Below, piece after piece: positions 62,930 to 64,000 of a stretch of 64,000 bases of DNA. This DNA is from Hydrolagus affinis. Its lineage: Eukaryota. A model generated the notes under the pieces. The model was given only the letters and a program-made list of their open reading frames with translations. It made no database searches and was not told the DNA's origin. The stretch spans positions 1 through 64,000 of the forward strand of contig JAAILG010000270.1 of assembly GCA_012026655.1 (NCBI GenBank). Direction: 5' to 3'. Each line of letters begins with the position of its first letter. The first letter of the stretch is position 1. Position numbers and translations under genes: made by a program.

Positions 62930-63058
62930 AATCACGCCTTTGGTCACCTTTTCCCCCTCCCCCTGGCTCAGCCCCGGGCTCCGCTTTGTGAAGCGCTCTG
63001 AGACGCTGTCTGGCGTGGAGGGCGCTATATAAATCCAAGTTATTATTGTTGTTGTTGT
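62930..63058 (+). mobile_element. L2 3' end fragment
   Basis: CACGCCTTTGGTCACC...GTGAAGCGCTCTGAGACGCTGTCTGGCGTGGAGGGCGCTATATAAATCCAAGTT(GTT)n; reverse complement of 43424-43545. Confidence 0.88.
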
Positions 63059-64000
63059 GATGGTACAATTATTAATTGAACGTTAAACATTTATGATGCA
63101 ATAGTAAGATGGGAATTGTTTCTATAATATTTGAGGAAAATTATTAAATCAGATATGGTCTCGGTCCTAAATAAATTAAGTATAATTGATGAATTGATTA
63201 GCGACTAAGTGAATGATTGATTTTCGTTTAGCCAGTATTTCTACATTTAAAATTACAATATTTTGGTTTGTGCCGATATAACTGTTTTGAATGAAAAGTG
63301 CCAACAACATGCATTTAATCAAGGTTATACACTGTATTTGTGGCATTCACTGAAGATGGATCAAGAGCATGTCAATCAAGAGCTAAACAGCTATACATTT
63401 TGCAACAGAATGAACATTTAGAATGCGACAGTAGTTAGCCCTTTATATCCAGCAGCTTTTGCTTTGGGTTTGCAAACTGTTTTAACAGCCATCAGCCAAG
63501 AAATGTATGTGTCATCTCCAAATCCCAAATCATAGAGTTTGATTCAAGTGATTGCACAGTGAAGTGCTGAAGGGTTCCGAGTAGCCAGAACAAGACTTAA
63601 AAGTGATGTGAAATACAGAGCAAAAGGAGCTGCTATTGGCTTCAAGCCTAAAATAGACTGAGCTTCAATGCCAAAGAAAAAAATTCACCAGGTTCTCCAT
63701 CATTTCTTTAAAGGTCAGAATTGTTGTAGGTGAATTGGAAGAGCAGTGGATTGCAGATGCGTTTAACAGCAGGGTATTTTCCGCTGCCATGACCAGTTAA
63801 GGAAAAAATTCTAAAACACATCTGCTGGTAAACAGTTTGGCCCTACTGTGGGTCACATGCCTTTGCTATGCTCAGTGCGGCGTGAACTCTTACCTGGACG
63901 AAACTAGGAGCCAGCCTCAAACCAGTCAAACTTACTCCTTCAGCAGTTGTGGGTTTTTAAAAAAAAAGTGTGGACTGATGGACTCCGGAGACCTCTTCAT

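Noticed and set aside
1-64000. The many 60-170 aa ORFs as protein-coding genes
   Set aside because: Eukaryotic low-density DNA; ORFs are short, lack recognisable domains, or are translations of SINE, LINE or PLE sequence, often antisense or spanning N gaps.
63880-64000. Minus-strand exon ending CAG|GTAAGA, or U1 snRNA start (CTTACCTGG)
   Set aside because: No U1 sequence follows; no acceptor inside the window and the frame I translated closes before the donor, so it cannot be supported here.

Overview
Eukaryotic, AT-rich, CpG-depleted vertebrate DNA with three 100-N assembly gaps. The repeat repertoire (a tRNA-derived SINE with an L2-like tail, DeuSINE/SacSINE-like and AmnSINE2-like ancient SINEs, CR1 and L2 LINE ends, Penelope-like elements) points to a cartilaginous fish, probably a holocephalan such as Callorhinchus; this is inferred from recalled repeat consensi, not from a search. 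No host protein-coding gene is recognisable: the window reads as a very large intron or gene desert, and nearly all listed ORFs are chance or TE-derived. Most notable: (1) Penelope-like retroelement pieces, including a GIY-YIG endonuclease domain with a single stop, and three copies of a minimal hammerhead-ribozyme motif, one with an intact core at 54177-54218 (-); (2) a CpG-rich DNA-transposon cluster at about 41.85-44.3 kb with a 720-bp Tigger/pogo-derived fold-back element, a perfect 20-bp hairpin, and a tRNA-type Pol III head fused to a long hairpin ending at the first TTTT; (3) an 88-bp palindromic MITE inside an L2 ORF2; (4) two length variants of the main SINE; (5) enhancer-like blocks and weak candidate exons. 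Coordinates of degraded repeats are approximate.
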